Source: Candidatus Omnitrophota bacterium
Lineage (GTDB): Bacteria; Omnitrophota; Gorgyraeia; Zapsychrales; Zapsychraceae
Length of the DNA stretch: 64,000 bases
NCBI GenBank assembly: GCA_023247445.1
Contig: JAHFGL010000002.1
Location: forward strand, 64,553 to 128,552
Direction of reading: 5' to 3'
Under the pieces are notes generated by a model. It searched no databases. It saw nothing but the letters and a program-made list of their open reading frames with translations, and had not been told where the DNA came from. How positions within the stretch are numbered: position 1 is the first letter of the stretch; each line of letters opens with the position of its first letter. This document shows, in pieces, positions 38,060 through 47,273 of the stretch. The translations under genes and the position numbers were made by a program.

Positions 38060-38909
38060 TCTTTTCTTAACACAAAATCTTCCTGATGCGCCTTCCCGCA
38101 GTTTTGTCCAAAAGCTGATTGAGTCGGGGTATGTCAGCGTGAATAATTCGATTGTTAAATCGAAATATAAAATAACAGAAGGGGATACTATCTCCGTTGA
38201 TGTTCCTGAAGAGTTTTTGGCACCGGAAAATATCGAACCGGAAAATATTCCCTTAAATATTTTTTATGAAGATGATCATTTACTGGTGATCAATAAACCT
38301 ATTGGCATGCTTGTTCATCCGGCGAGTGGCTGTAATACGGGAACTCTCGTTAACGCGCTTCTACACCATTGTCAGCAACTTTCGGATTTTAATTCTCCAC
38401 TGCGCGCGGGTATTGTCCATCGGTTAGATAAAGAAACATCCGGATTAATTATTGTCGCGAAAGATAATACAACGCATGCCAAGCTTGCCAGGCAATTTCA
38501 AAAGCATACCATCAGAAAGAAATATTTAGCTTTGGTCGAAGGGCAAATTGAATTTGATGAAGGGATGGTCGATGTGCCTTTGGGCCGTCATGAAAAACAT
38601 CATGATAAGAAGATTGTTAGTTTTGAAGAATCAGCAAAAGAGGCCTTAACATATTATAAAGTTATCAAGCGCGTTAAGGGCACGACACTCGTTGCCTTGT
38701 TTCCACAAACTGGACGAACGCATCAGCTGCGCGTTCATATGGCTTATTTAAAGCATCCGATTTTAGGCGATAGCAAATATGGCAAAAGAGATAATTTTGA
38801 GCGTTTAGCGCTACATGCGCAAGCGATAGGTTTTATCCATCCCTTTCGAGCGTGTTATCTTGAGTTTTCAACTAAGCCACCAAAGGAATTTTTGGAAAGA
38901 GTTAAGTGA
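37998..38909 (+). CDS. RluA/RluD-family pseudouridine synthase with S4 domain
   Basis: QRLDLFL S4 motif; catalytic HRLDKETSGLIIVAK; alternative start ATG 38007. Confidence 0.8.
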   Translation: MLFMSTHVLKVEPPSINQRLDLFLTQNLPDAPSRSFVQKLIESGYVSVNNSIVKSKYKITEGDTISVDVPEEFLAPENIEPENIPLNIFYEDDHLLVINKPIGMLVHPASGCNTGTLVNALLHHCQQLSDFNSPLRAGIVHRLDKETSGLIIVAKDNTTHAKLARQFQKHTIRKKYLALVEGQIEFDEGMVDVPLGRHEKHHDKKIVSFEESAKEALTYYKVIKRVKGTTLVALFPQTGRTHQLRVHMAYLKHPILGDSKYGKRDNFERLALHAQAIGFIHPFRACYLEFSTKPPKEFLERVK

Positions 38910-39026
38910 CCCCTCGGGAATTCTTTCCCGAGGGGTCATCCTGAGGAACGGCTGCCTGCCGCAGGCAGAAGTGACGAAGGATCTCCTAGGAGATCCTTCA
39001 GTCGCTTTTGCTCCTTCAGGATGACG
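38907..39026. repeat. compound palindromic repeat (gacccctcggga hairpin + gtcatcctgagg...ccttcaggatgac element with perfect 24-nt palindrome gaaggatctcctaggagatccttc)
   Basis: multiple nested inverted repeats; same termini family as other copies. Confidence 0.8.
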
Positions 39027-39137
39027 ATCATCGAGCCCGGTATATAAATAAACTAATACAAAGAATTCATATTAGCATCTTTACATCTTGAGCAATTTCA
39101 ATATAATATAGATAAATTAATTTTTGGAATTTGACCC

Positions 39138-39974
39138 ATGACCAATAAATCCTCAGGAAAAGTTTTAACCGTTTTTATCGTCATTATTGCCATCCTTTTG
39201 ATTTCTTTAACGGCTATTTCAATTTTCTTTTTTCAAAAAGAACTTGAGAGAAGAAAGTCTGTCGAGCTGATTCTTGAAAAAATCAAGGCTAACGAACAGA
39301 AACTTGAGGGAGAGTTGAAGGTTGTTAGGAAAGAAAAGTTTCTCTTGGAGGAGAAAAATAAAGAAGCGGATGAACGTATGAATAATTTAATGGATGAACT
39401 TGATTTGCAGTCAGGCTTAAGGGAAGAGGTTAAAAAAGAGAATGTTGCCTTAAAAGAACAATTAAGTAAAGAGACGCAAACACGAGAAGCTTTGCAAAAA
39501 AAGTTTGAAGATGGGGGAGCTTTTGAGCAACAAATTGCGGATTTAAAAGCGAAGCTTGCAGCGGAGACGAACTTAAGAAATCAATTAGAGCAACAAAATA
39601 AAGACCTTCAAGAGAAGTCAGCCAGCCTCGAGCAAAGTTTGGGCAAAGAATTTTCTTCCGCTCCAAAGCCTTCCAAAGAAATAAAAGACGCGCAAAAAAA
39701 GGTTGATTTAGAAAAGATTGTTGTCGTTCCTAATGAAACTCCTGAAGGTCGTATTTTAAGTGTTGATACAGACACAGAATTTGTTATTGTTAATTTAGGC
39801 CAAAAAGATGGCGTCAATGTTGGCAATATTATGTCGGTTTATCGAGGCAAAGAATATTTAGGTGATGTGAAAATTACCCGTGTTCAGCCAGAGATGTCAG
39901 CGGCTGATCTGATACCACCTTTCTCAAGTCGTTTAGTACGCAAGAACGATCAAGTAGTCTCTGCTCAGCAATGA
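39138..39974 (+). CDS. membrane-anchored coiled-coil protein with C-terminal beta-rich domain
   Basis: N-terminal TM (VLTVFIVIIAILLISLTAISIFFF), ~150-aa heptad-rich E/K/Q segment, C-terminal GRILSVDTDTEFVIVNLGQKDGVNVGNIMSVY domain. Confidence 0.5.
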   Translation: MTNKSSGKVLTVFIVIIAILLISLTAISIFFFQKELERRKSVELILEKIKANEQKLEGELKVVRKEKFLLEEKNKEADERMNNLMDELDLQSGLREEVKKENVALKEQLSKETQTREALQKKFEDGGAFEQQIADLKAKLAAETNLRNQLEQQNKDLQEKSASLEQSLGKEFSSAPKPSKEIKDAQKKVDLEKIVVVPNETPEGRILSVDTDTEFVIVNLGQKDGVNVGNIMSVYRGKEYLGDVKITRVQPEMSAADLIPPFSSRLVRKNDQVVSAQQ

Positions 39975-41263
39975 TTCTTACGGTTAAACCTTCTGATTTC
40001 TTACAAGGGACAATCGAACTTCCTTCTTCCAAGTCGTACTCCATTCGTGCGTTTATGATTGCCGCGTGTGGTGGGCACTCCATAATTTTAAATCAATCCG
40101 ATTGTGAAGATGCTCAAGTGGCTTTGTCTGTTGCGAAAGCATTTGGTTCAAAAGTAAAACGTCTTGGCAAAAACAACTGGGATGTCATCGCCAACCAATC
40201 GAATACGCCTATTTCACATATTCATGTCGGAGAATCGGGAACTGTGCTGCGTTTTGTCTTACCTTTAGCCGCACTGCGTGGTCAAAAGACTTTAATCACG
40301 GGCGAAGGAACATTAAAGGGACGACCCAATTTATTTTTAATAGAAACACTTCGTCAAATGGGGAGTTCTCTTCGTGGTCAGGGCCAACAACAGAGTATTC
40401 CGATAAAAATTCAAAGGAGTAATCTTCGCGGGGGAAAAATTGCAATTGATGGCTCTTTAAGTTCTCAATTTATTTCAGCGTTGCTTATTACTTGCCCGCA
40501 ATTAAAAGAAAATACTCAGCTGAGATTAACAGGAAAGAATCTCGTTTCTTCCGACTATATTACGATGACTTTGCAAGTTCTTAAGCGCAGTGGAATTAAA
40601 ATAAATAATATTGGTGAACGAAAATTTATTATTAAGGGAAATCAGTCTTTTAAGGGGTTGAAGAATTTTACAGTTCCCTCTGATTATGGTTTGGCCGCGT
40701 TTTTAATGGCAGCGGCTTCTCTTGTTCCATCGGAGGTGACCTTCACCGGATACTTGAAAAATGATCTGATTCAAGCCGACGGCCAAATTATTTCATTGTT
40801 AAAGGCAATGAATGTTAAGTTTAAGAAAACAGATCGCTCAATTAAGATCAAGGGTCCATTTGAGTTAAAGGGCGGAAACTTTTCCCTTAAAAATGCGCCG
40901 GATTTAGTTCCCATCATGGCGGTTTTGGCATTGTTTGCTAAAGGTAAAACCCGTTTGTATGACATTGGCCATGCCCGAGCGAAGGAATCAGACCGGATAA
41001 GTGATTTAAGAAATGAGTTACTTAAGGTAGGTGCGCATATTAAGGAAACAGCCGATGAGCTCATTATTTCTCCTCAAAAAAATTATAAGAAAAACATTCG
41101 TTTAGATCCGCATCATGATCATCGTTTGGCCATGGCTTTTTGTGTTCTTGGCTTAAAACTTGGTGTCAGCGTTAAGGATATAGAATGTACCGCCAAGTCC
41201 TACCCTGGTTTTGTTCGTGACTTCAAATTAATGGGTGCTAAAGTCACTTCAGCTCGTCTATAA
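39971..41263 (+). CDS. aroA: 3-phosphoshikimate 1-carboxyvinyltransferase (EPSP synthase)
   Basis: LPSSKSYSIRAFMIAA and GESGTVLRFVLPLAAL motifs; 430 aa. Confidence 0.8.
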   Translation: MILTVKPSDFLQGTIELPSSKSYSIRAFMIAACGGHSIILNQSDCEDAQVALSVAKAFGSKVKRLGKNNWDVIANQSNTPISHIHVGESGTVLRFVLPLAALRGQKTLITGEGTLKGRPNLFLIETLRQMGSSLRGQGQQQSIPIKIQRSNLRGGKIAIDGSLSSQFISALLITCPQLKENTQLRLTGKNLVSSDYITMTLQVLKRSGIKINNIGERKFIIKGNQSFKGLKNFTVPSDYGLAAFLMAAASLVPSEVTFTGYLKNDLIQADGQIISLLKAMNVKFKKTDRSIKIKGPFELKGGNFSLKNAPDLVPIMAVLALFAKGKTRLYDIGHARAKESDRISDLRNELLKVGAHIKETADELIISPQKNYKKNIRLDPHHDHRLAMAFCVLGLKLGVSVKDIECTAKSYPGFVRDFKLMGAKVTSARL

Positions 41264-41296
41264 CTTATTTAAATTGATGTGTTTAGAAAAATTAAA

Positions 41297-41325
41297 TTGA
41301 CATGTTTTTTCTTTTCATATATTAT
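41297..41325 (+). promoter_or_regulatory. candidate sigma-70 promoter of mreB operon (TTGACA-17-TATTAT)
   Basis: ttgaca at 41297-41302, 17-nt spacer, tattat at 41320-41325, ~60 nt upstream of mreB ATG. Confidence 0.4.
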
Positions 41326-41385
41326 GGTTCAAATTCAAGTTATAAGAGATTAGATTTTTAGAATTTACCCCCGGAATAAACACTC

Positions 41386-42459
41386 ATGTTACAAAAGTTA
41401 GGCAAACTCGTAAAAAAATTCTTCAATTATATCCTCGGACTTTTTTCCAATGACATTGGTATCGATTTAGGGACAGCCACAACCCTTGTTTATGTTAAAG
41501 GGGAAGGGGTTGTTTTGTGTGAACCGTCTGTTGTGGCCATTGAAAAAGATACTAATCGTGTTATCGCGGTTGGAGATGAGGCGAAAAAGATGTTAGGTCG
41601 AACACCAGGAAATATTATTGCGATTCGTCCAATGAAAGATGGTGTTATCTCTGATTTTGAAATTACAGAAGCGATGCTCAAATATTTTATTAAGAAGGTT
41701 CATAAACGTAAGGTTCTTGTCCGTCCCGCGATGGTCATTGCGATTCCTTCAGGAATTACTGCCGTTGAAAAAAGGGCCGTACGTGATTCGGCGGAACGTG
41801 CTGGGGCCCGATCGGTTGAACTTATTGAAGAACCAAAGGCAGCCGCCGTTGGTGTTGGATTACCCGTTGAAGAAGCCGCCGGAAACATGATTATTGATAT
41901 CGGTGGCGGTACAACGGAGTTTGCGGTTATCTCTTTGGGTGGTATGGTTTATGCGAAATCGATTAAAATCGCCGGGGATGAGATGGATGAGGCGGTTATT
42001 GAATATTTGAGAAAGACGTATAATTTGATGATTGGTGAACGAACGGCTGAAGAAATTAAAATTCGTATTGGTTCAGCTTATCCACTTGAAGAAGAATTAA
42101 GTATGGATGTGCGTGGCCGCGATTTGATCTCAGGCTTACCAAAAACAATTACGATTACCTCAGTTGAAATTCGTGAGGCTTTGCATGATCCTGTTCAAGC
42201 CATTGTTGATGCTTCCAAAACAACGCTTGAGCAAACTCCACCAGAGCTTGCGGCTGATTTAATTGATCGTGGAATTGTTATGGCTGGAGGAGGATCTCTT
42301 CTACGTGGCATCGATAAACGTATTGCTGAAGAAACAGGATTGCCCGTCCATGTTGCCGATGACCCGTTAACAGCTGTCGTTTTAGGGACTGGCCAGACAC
42401 TCAGCATGGGACAACGTTTACGTCGTCGTATTGTTGTTCCCACAAAACTTGATTTTTAA
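41386..42459 (+). CDS. mreB: rod shape-determining actin homolog MreB
   Basis: [16 protein letters not shown], actin-fold phosphate/adenosine motifs, 357 aa. Confidence 0.95.
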   Translation: MLQKLGKLVKKFFNYILGLFSNDIGIDLGTATTLVYVKGEGVVLCEPSVVAIEKDTNRVIAVGDEAKKMLGRTPGNIIAIRPMKDGVISDFEITEAMLKYFIKKVHKRKVLVRPAMVIAIPSGITAVEKRAVRDSAERAGARSVELIEEPKAAAVGVGLPVEEAAGNMIIDIGGGTTEFAVISLGGMVYAKSIKIAGDEMDEAVIEYLRKTYNLMIGERTAEEIKIRIGSAYPLEEELSMDVRGRDLISGLPKTITITSVEIREALHDPVQAIVDASKTTLEQTPPELAADLIDRGIVMAGGGSLLRGIDKRIAEETGLPVHVADDPLTAVVLGTGQTLSMGQRLRRRIVVPTKLDF

Positions 42460-42489
42460 CCCCCCATGAGTTCCCGGACGGTTTAATGA

Positions 42490-43275
42490 GTGTTCAAAAA
42501 AAATTACAAGTCTATAGCTTATATTCTCATTCTTATCCTGCCGCTTTTTCTACTTTTTTCCCAGTCTAAATTATTTTCCTCATTTAAATTTAGTATTATT
42601 GAAATTACATCTGTCCCGATGCAAATCATTTCTTTTCCTATTCGGGAAATAAGAAAAATGCTTTATTATCACTGGACATTTGAAGAATATAAAAGGTTGT
42701 CGAAAGAAAACAGTGTCCTTAAAACGCGTTTAGCTGGACTAGAGCAGACCATCAATGAGAATGCGCGTCTCGAACGTTTGTTAGAAGTTAAACGTAATTT
42801 AATCTATTCATCAGTCGCGGCGAACATTATTGGACGCGATCCCTCGTATTGGAATTCATCCATTATTATTGATAAAGGATCAGCAGAAGGTGTTCGGCAA
42901 GGATTCCCGGTTGTCAATGCCTGGGGCGTGGTTGGGAAGATCGTTGAGGTGGGCCCTCATAAAAGCAAAGTGATTCTTTTAACTGATCCAGAATTTAGTG
43001 TGGCGGCCACCATTGAGCGTTCCAGAGAGAGTGGGCTGGTCAGTGGAACACTCCAAGGTCTTTGTCGTATGAGATATCTTAGTGTTGATGCGGATGTTCG
43101 ATTGGGAGATAAGGTTATTACATCGAAATTAAGTTCTGCGTTTCCCGAGAATATGATGGTTGGTGAGATTATAAAAATAAATCAAACGGTGAATCAATCA
43201 TCGCTCGAGTGCCTCATTCGCCCAACGGTTCCGATATCTCAGTTAGAAGAGGTTTTGGTAATTCTAAAGCAGTAA
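42490..43275 (+). CDS. mreC: rod shape-determining protein MreC
   Basis: N-terminal TM, coiled coil, C-terminal beta-domain GFPVVNAWGVVGKIVEV. Confidence 0.85.
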   Translation: MFKKNYKSIAYILILILPLFLLFSQSKLFSSFKFSIIEITSVPMQIISFPIREIRKMLYYHWTFEEYKRLSKENSVLKTRLAGLEQTINENARLERLLEVKRNLIYSSVAANIIGRDPSYWNSSIIIDKGSAEGVRQGFPVVNAWGVVGKIVEVGPHKSKVILLTDPEFSVAATIERSRESGLVSGTLQGLCRMRYLSVDADVRLGDKVITSKLSSAFPENMMVGEIIKINQTVNQSSLECLIRPTVPISQLEEVLVILKQ

Positions 43276-43299
43276 GTTAACTCCATTCTAGAGTTTATT

Positions 43300-43785
43300 A
43301 TGCGAAAATTGGCATTAATTGCTGGCTTTGTTTTCGGCTTTTTTCTTGTTGAGCTATTAATATTCAATCTCGTTGGCCGCTTATTTATTCCTAATCTATT
43401 GCTGCTTTTAATCGTTTCTTTTAGTATTTTTTTTGGTATTCGTTATGGGCTTTTTACCGCCGTCTTAGCAGGTGTTTTAAGAGACAGCTTTAGCACGGAC
43501 CATTTTGGCCTCCATATTTTTACTTTTATTCTTTGTGCTTTTGCCACAATCCTTTTAAAAAGATATATTTATCATCGAGGTTCTCCATTCTCGTTTTTTC
43601 TTCTCACATTCTTAATAAGCCTTATCAATATTGTTACACAGTTTGTTTTAGGAATAATGCTAGGGCAAATTGATTTTTATCAAATGATTCGATTTGTTTT
43701 AATCCCCGAGGTTGTCAGTACCATTGTGATTGCTAATTTTGTCTTTTATCAATTAAGAACATGCGTATTAAAATTATTCGTCTAA
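43300..43785 (+). CDS. mreD: rod shape-determining protein MreD
   Basis: small polytopic membrane protein directly after mreC. Confidence 0.7.
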   Translation: MRKLALIAGFVFGFFLVELLIFNLVGRLFIPNLLLLLIVSFSIFFGIRYGLFTAVLAGVLRDSFSTDHFGLHIFTFILCAFATILLKRYIYHRGSPFSFFLLTFLISLINIVTQFVLGIMLGQIDFYQMIRFVLIPEVVSTIVIANFVFYQLRTCVLKLFV

Positions 43786-45476
43786 TTATTATTATTTTAT
43801 TTGCGATGATTGCCATGGAGCTTGTTTACATCCAGGCAATCCGCGGACAATACTTTTATCGTTTAAGCAAGAACAATCGTATTCGCGTTGTTCCATTAGA
43901 AGGCTCGCGTGGGCGCATTAAAGATGTTAATGGGGTTTTTATGGCGGACAATCGAATGGCCTATAATGTCGTCATCACTCCCCATGATTTAAAAGAAACG
44001 GATAAGGTCTTTCGTTTTTTAAGCGAAGTTTTGGATACAGATTTAAAAACAATTGCTAAACGATATCAACGTGATCGCACGGCCCCTTTTGCCCCAGTTA
44101 TTATTGCGGAAGATATTAACCGACGAACGGCAATTACCATCGAAGAAAATACTTATCGATTTCCGAGCCTTTCTATTCAAGAAAGTTTTAAGCGGTATTA
44201 TCCACTTGAAGATAATAGTGCGCATATCTTAGGATATGTTGGTAAACGTAATCGCACGGAGTCAGGGAGTTTTAAGGAATATGGTTATTCGCCACAAAGT
44301 ATGGTTGGTTATACAGGGATAGAAGAATATTATGATTCATTTTTGCGAGGAGAAGTTGGGGGAATACAGGTTGAGGTTAATAGCCGTGGTCAACAGGTAC
44401 GACTTCTTAGTTTTAAAGAACCTAAAAAGGGTGTGGATTTAATTTTGACAATTGATACGCGTATTCAACAAAAAGCACAAGAATTGTTAGCGGCACGAAG
44501 AGGGGTCGCCATTGTTATGGATATGGATAATGGAGAGATCTTGGGGCTGGTAAGTTCTCCGGGCTTTAATCCTAATGTTTTTATGAATAGTGAAGATAGA
44601 AAAAAGATTTCTTCACTTTTTTATGACACCGCATCACCGCTTTTAAATCGAGCGATTAAGGGATTGTTTCCGCCAGGATCAGTTTTTAAAGCTATCTTGG
44701 CCACGGCGGGATTAAATAATCAGACGATTTCAACAAATACAACTTTTATGTGTAATGGTGTTTATCAGTTGGGAGGCATGGAATTTCGGTGCACGCATAC
44801 CCACGGGGCGCAGAATATTTTTGAGGCTATTGCACATTCTTGTAATATTTATTTTTATCATTTAGGGTTAAAGTTGGGTGTTGATACCATTGAAGAATAT
44901 GCACAACTTTTTAATTTGGGCCACAAAACAAATATTGATCTTCCGTATGAAGAGGCGGGATCTATTCCCAGCCGTCAAGGCCGCTTAGCCAATCAAAAGA
45001 GAAAGTGGTATACAGGCGAAACATTAAATTTATCCATTGGACAAGGAGATGTTTTGACAACACCTCTTCAGTTAGTCCGCATGATGGCAACCATTGCCAG
45101 CGATGGACTTGAAGTTCAACCTCATGTGATTAAAGCTATGGGGGACAATTTCACTAATCAGTTTTCTGGGAAGAGACAAATTGATATAAGAAGAGATGTT
45201 TTTAAAAAAGTTAAGGAGGGGCTAAGACAGACGGTTACTGATCCAACCGGTACAGCCGCTGATTTAAATATATCTAATTTATATGTTGCGGGGAAAACCG
45301 GGACGGCGCAATCATCTGGTAATCAAGAAAATCATGCCTGGTTTGTTGGGTATGTTAAAGGGGAACATCGAAATGTTTCTTTTTGTGTCTTCCTTGAGCA
45401 TGGCGGTTCAAGTCATAATGCGGTTTTACTGTCACGGGAGTTGTTGGTTTATATGCAGAGTGAAGAAATATTATAA
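43761..45476 (+). CDS. mrdA: penicillin-binding protein 2 (elongasome transpeptidase)
   Basis: SVFK (SxxK), SCN, KTGT motifs; N-terminal TM; between mreD and rodA. Confidence 0.9.
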   Translation: MRIKIIRLIIIILFAMIAMELVYIQAIRGQYFYRLSKNNRIRVVPLEGSRGRIKDVNGVFMADNRMAYNVVITPHDLKETDKVFRFLSEVLDTDLKTIAKRYQRDRTAPFAPVIIAEDINRRTAITIEENTYRFPSLSIQESFKRYYPLEDNSAHILGYVGKRNRTESGSFKEYGYSPQSMVGYTGIEEYYDSFLRGEVGGIQVEVNSRGQQVRLLSFKEPKKGVDLILTIDTRIQQKAQELLAARRGVAIVMDMDNGEILGLVSSPGFNPNVFMNSEDRKKISSLFYDTASPLLNRAIKGLFPPGSVFKAILATAGLNNQTISTNTTFMCNGVYQLGGMEFRCTHTHGAQNIFEAIAHSCNIYFYHLGLKLGVDTIEEYAQLFNLGHKTNIDLPYEEAGSIPSRQGRLANQKRKWYTGETLNLSIGQGDVLTTPLQLVRMMATIASDGLEVQPHVIKAMGDNFTNQFSGKRQIDIRRDVFKKVKEGLRQTVTDPTGTAADLNISNLYVAGKTGTAQSSGNQENHAWFVGYVKGEHRNVSFCVFLEHGGSSHNAVLLSRELLVYMQSEEIL

Positions 45477-45478
45477 AA

Positions 45479-45555
45479 AGGTTTGTCACAAAGTCACCAA
45501 GTCACAAGGTCACCAAATTATGGTGACTTGGTGTCAGGTGACCTGTGACCTTGTG
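45479..45555. repeat. hairpin composed of eight GTCAC(C/A) units in inverted arrangement
   Basis: gtcacaaagtcaccaagtcacaaggtcacc aaattat ggtgacttggtgtcaggtgacctgtgaccttgtg fills the mrdA-rodA intergenic region. Confidence 0.75.
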
Positions 45556-45557
45556 TT

Positions 45558-46664
45558 ATGAGACGCGACTTAGAAAATAAAATTTGGATTTATACCTTGG
45601 CGATCATTGGGATAGGCTTGTTGGCCTTGTACAGCGCTTCATCGGTGAATGTCCGTGTTTCACAGCAAGTTTTTTATGACCAACTCTTATGTGTTTCCAT
45701 TGGGCTTGGTATTATGTATCTTTTAGGTAATGTTGATTACCGTCGATTTTATGATGGCGCTTATATTTTCTATATTGTTAATGTTTTTTTGTTAATCGGA
45801 GTTTTAGTAGGAGGGCGTCATGCGTTAGGGGCCCGGCGTTGGCTGGAAATCGCGGGACTTAGTTTTCAGCCATCGGAGTTTGCTAAATTAGCCCTCATCC
45901 TTATGCTGGGACGTTATTTTAGTAATCGACGGCCGACCCTTTCGTTTGATCTTTTGAGCAGAACACAAATTATTTTTAAAGGACTCATCATTCCTTTTTT
46001 ATTAACATCCGTTTTGATGATCCTTATTTTTAAGCAACCAGATCTTGGAACATCCATATTACTTTTTGGCGTGTTCGTAATTATGTTATTAGTTAGTGGT
46101 TTAGAATATCATTATCTGCTAACATTTCTAGGTTTATGTTTAATGGCGGTTCCGTTTTGCTGGAAGTTTCTTAAACCTTATCAAAAAGATCGACTTTTAG
46201 TTTTCTTAAATCCTAATATTGATCCTTTGGGAGCGGGATATACCATCATTCAATCCAAAATTGCGGTTGGTTCGGGTCAAATATTTGGTAAAGGTTGGCT
46301 GGCTGGAACGCAAAATCAATTGAATTTTTTACCGGAACGTCATACCGATTTTATTTTTTCTGTCATTGGCGAAGAGTGGGGACTACTTGGAACGTTACTA
46401 CTTGGCTATTTTTATTTCTTACTCATTGGATGTTGTTTTTCGATCGCTGAGCAGGTCAAAGATAAGTTTGGAACATTTGTCGTCATAGGGATTGTTTCTA
46501 TCCTGGCATTACAAGTTATTATTAATATCGGAATGGTCTTGGGTCTCTTTCCTGTCGTGGGTATTACCTTGCCTTTTATTAGCTATGGCCGTTCGTCCTT
46601 ATTGATTTTTCTTGTTATGATGGGATTTCTTCTTAATTTAAGCAAACGCCGAACGGTTTTTTGA
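45558..46664 (+). CDS. rodA: SEDS-family peptidoglycan glycosyltransferase RodA
   Basis: FtsW/RodA/SpoVE family pattern, 10 TM, follows mrdA. Confidence 0.9.
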   Translation: MRRDLENKIWIYTLAIIGIGLLALYSASSVNVRVSQQVFYDQLLCVSIGLGIMYLLGNVDYRRFYDGAYIFYIVNVFLLIGVLVGGRHALGARRWLEIAGLSFQPSEFAKLALILMLGRYFSNRRPTLSFDLLSRTQIIFKGLIIPFLLTSVLMILIFKQPDLGTSILLFGVFVIMLLVSGLEYHYLLTFLGLCLMAVPFCWKFLKPYQKDRLLVFLNPNIDPLGAGYTIIQSKIAVGSGQIFGKGWLAGTQNQLNFLPERHTDFIFSVIGEEWGLLGTLLLGYFYFLLIGCCFSIAEQVKDKFGTFVVIGIVSILALQVIINIGMVLGLFPVVGITLPFISYGRSSLLIFLVMMGFLLNLSKRRTVF

Positions 46665-46769
46665 TATTTCCGACGTATTTTATACCTTAAAAATTAAATT
46701 AATAATTTGTCGACTCATTATTACTATAGTAAAATCAAAACGCTAGAAGGCCTTGGGATCGTTTAACAT

Positions 46770-47219
46770 ATGAGACAATTTAAGAAAGTTACTAATAAAC
46801 ATCTGGGAGAACTCCTGGTTGAACGTGGCATTATCAGTCGAGAACAAGTCAACGTTGCCATCGCGCATCAAAAGGCTAGTGGCGGATTAATGGGGGAAGT
46901 ACTTGTTGAGTTAAAATTCGCGACCGAAAAAGATATTGCCCAGGCCATTACCTGCCAGTATGGATTTCCCTATCTACCGTTAGCTAATTATGAAATTGAC
47001 AAAGAGGTTGTTAATTCTGTCCCTGAAAATATTTGTCGCAAATTTTGTATTATTCCGATTGATATCATTGGAAAAAGTTTAACACTCGCTATGGCTAATC
47101 CACTTAATATCCAGGCCTTTGAAGATATCGAGCTGTTAACGGGTTGTTCAATTCAAGCCTTTGTGAGCACTTCTAGCGACATCAAACAGGCTATCGACAA
47201 ATATTACAAACCTTCGTAA
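46770..47219 (+). CDS. standalone MshEN-like / GspE-N-terminal domain protein (no ATPase domain)
   Basis: tandem 24-aa motifs HLGELLVERGIISREQVNVAIAHQ-KASGG-LMGEVLVELKFATEKDIAQAITCQ followed by T2SSE_N-like region (LAMANPLNIQAFEDIELLTG). Confidence 0.65.
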   Translation: MRQFKKVTNKHLGELLVERGIISREQVNVAIAHQKASGGLMGEVLVELKFATEKDIAQAITCQYGFPYLPLANYEIDKEVVNSVPENICRKFCIIPIDIIGKSLTLAMANPLNIQAFEDIELLTGCSIQAFVSTSSDIKQAIDKYYKPS

Positions 47220-47273
47220 GTTTTTTACAGGCTTTCGTATGAATATTTTAATTTTATGTAAAAAAGTTAATCA

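Noticed and set aside
45283-45561. 92-aa + ORF spanning the end of mrdA and the GTCAC hairpin
   Set aside because: Its C-terminus is a translation of the GTCAC repeat array (..VTKSQGHQIMVTWCQVTCDL). Alternate frame of mrdA.
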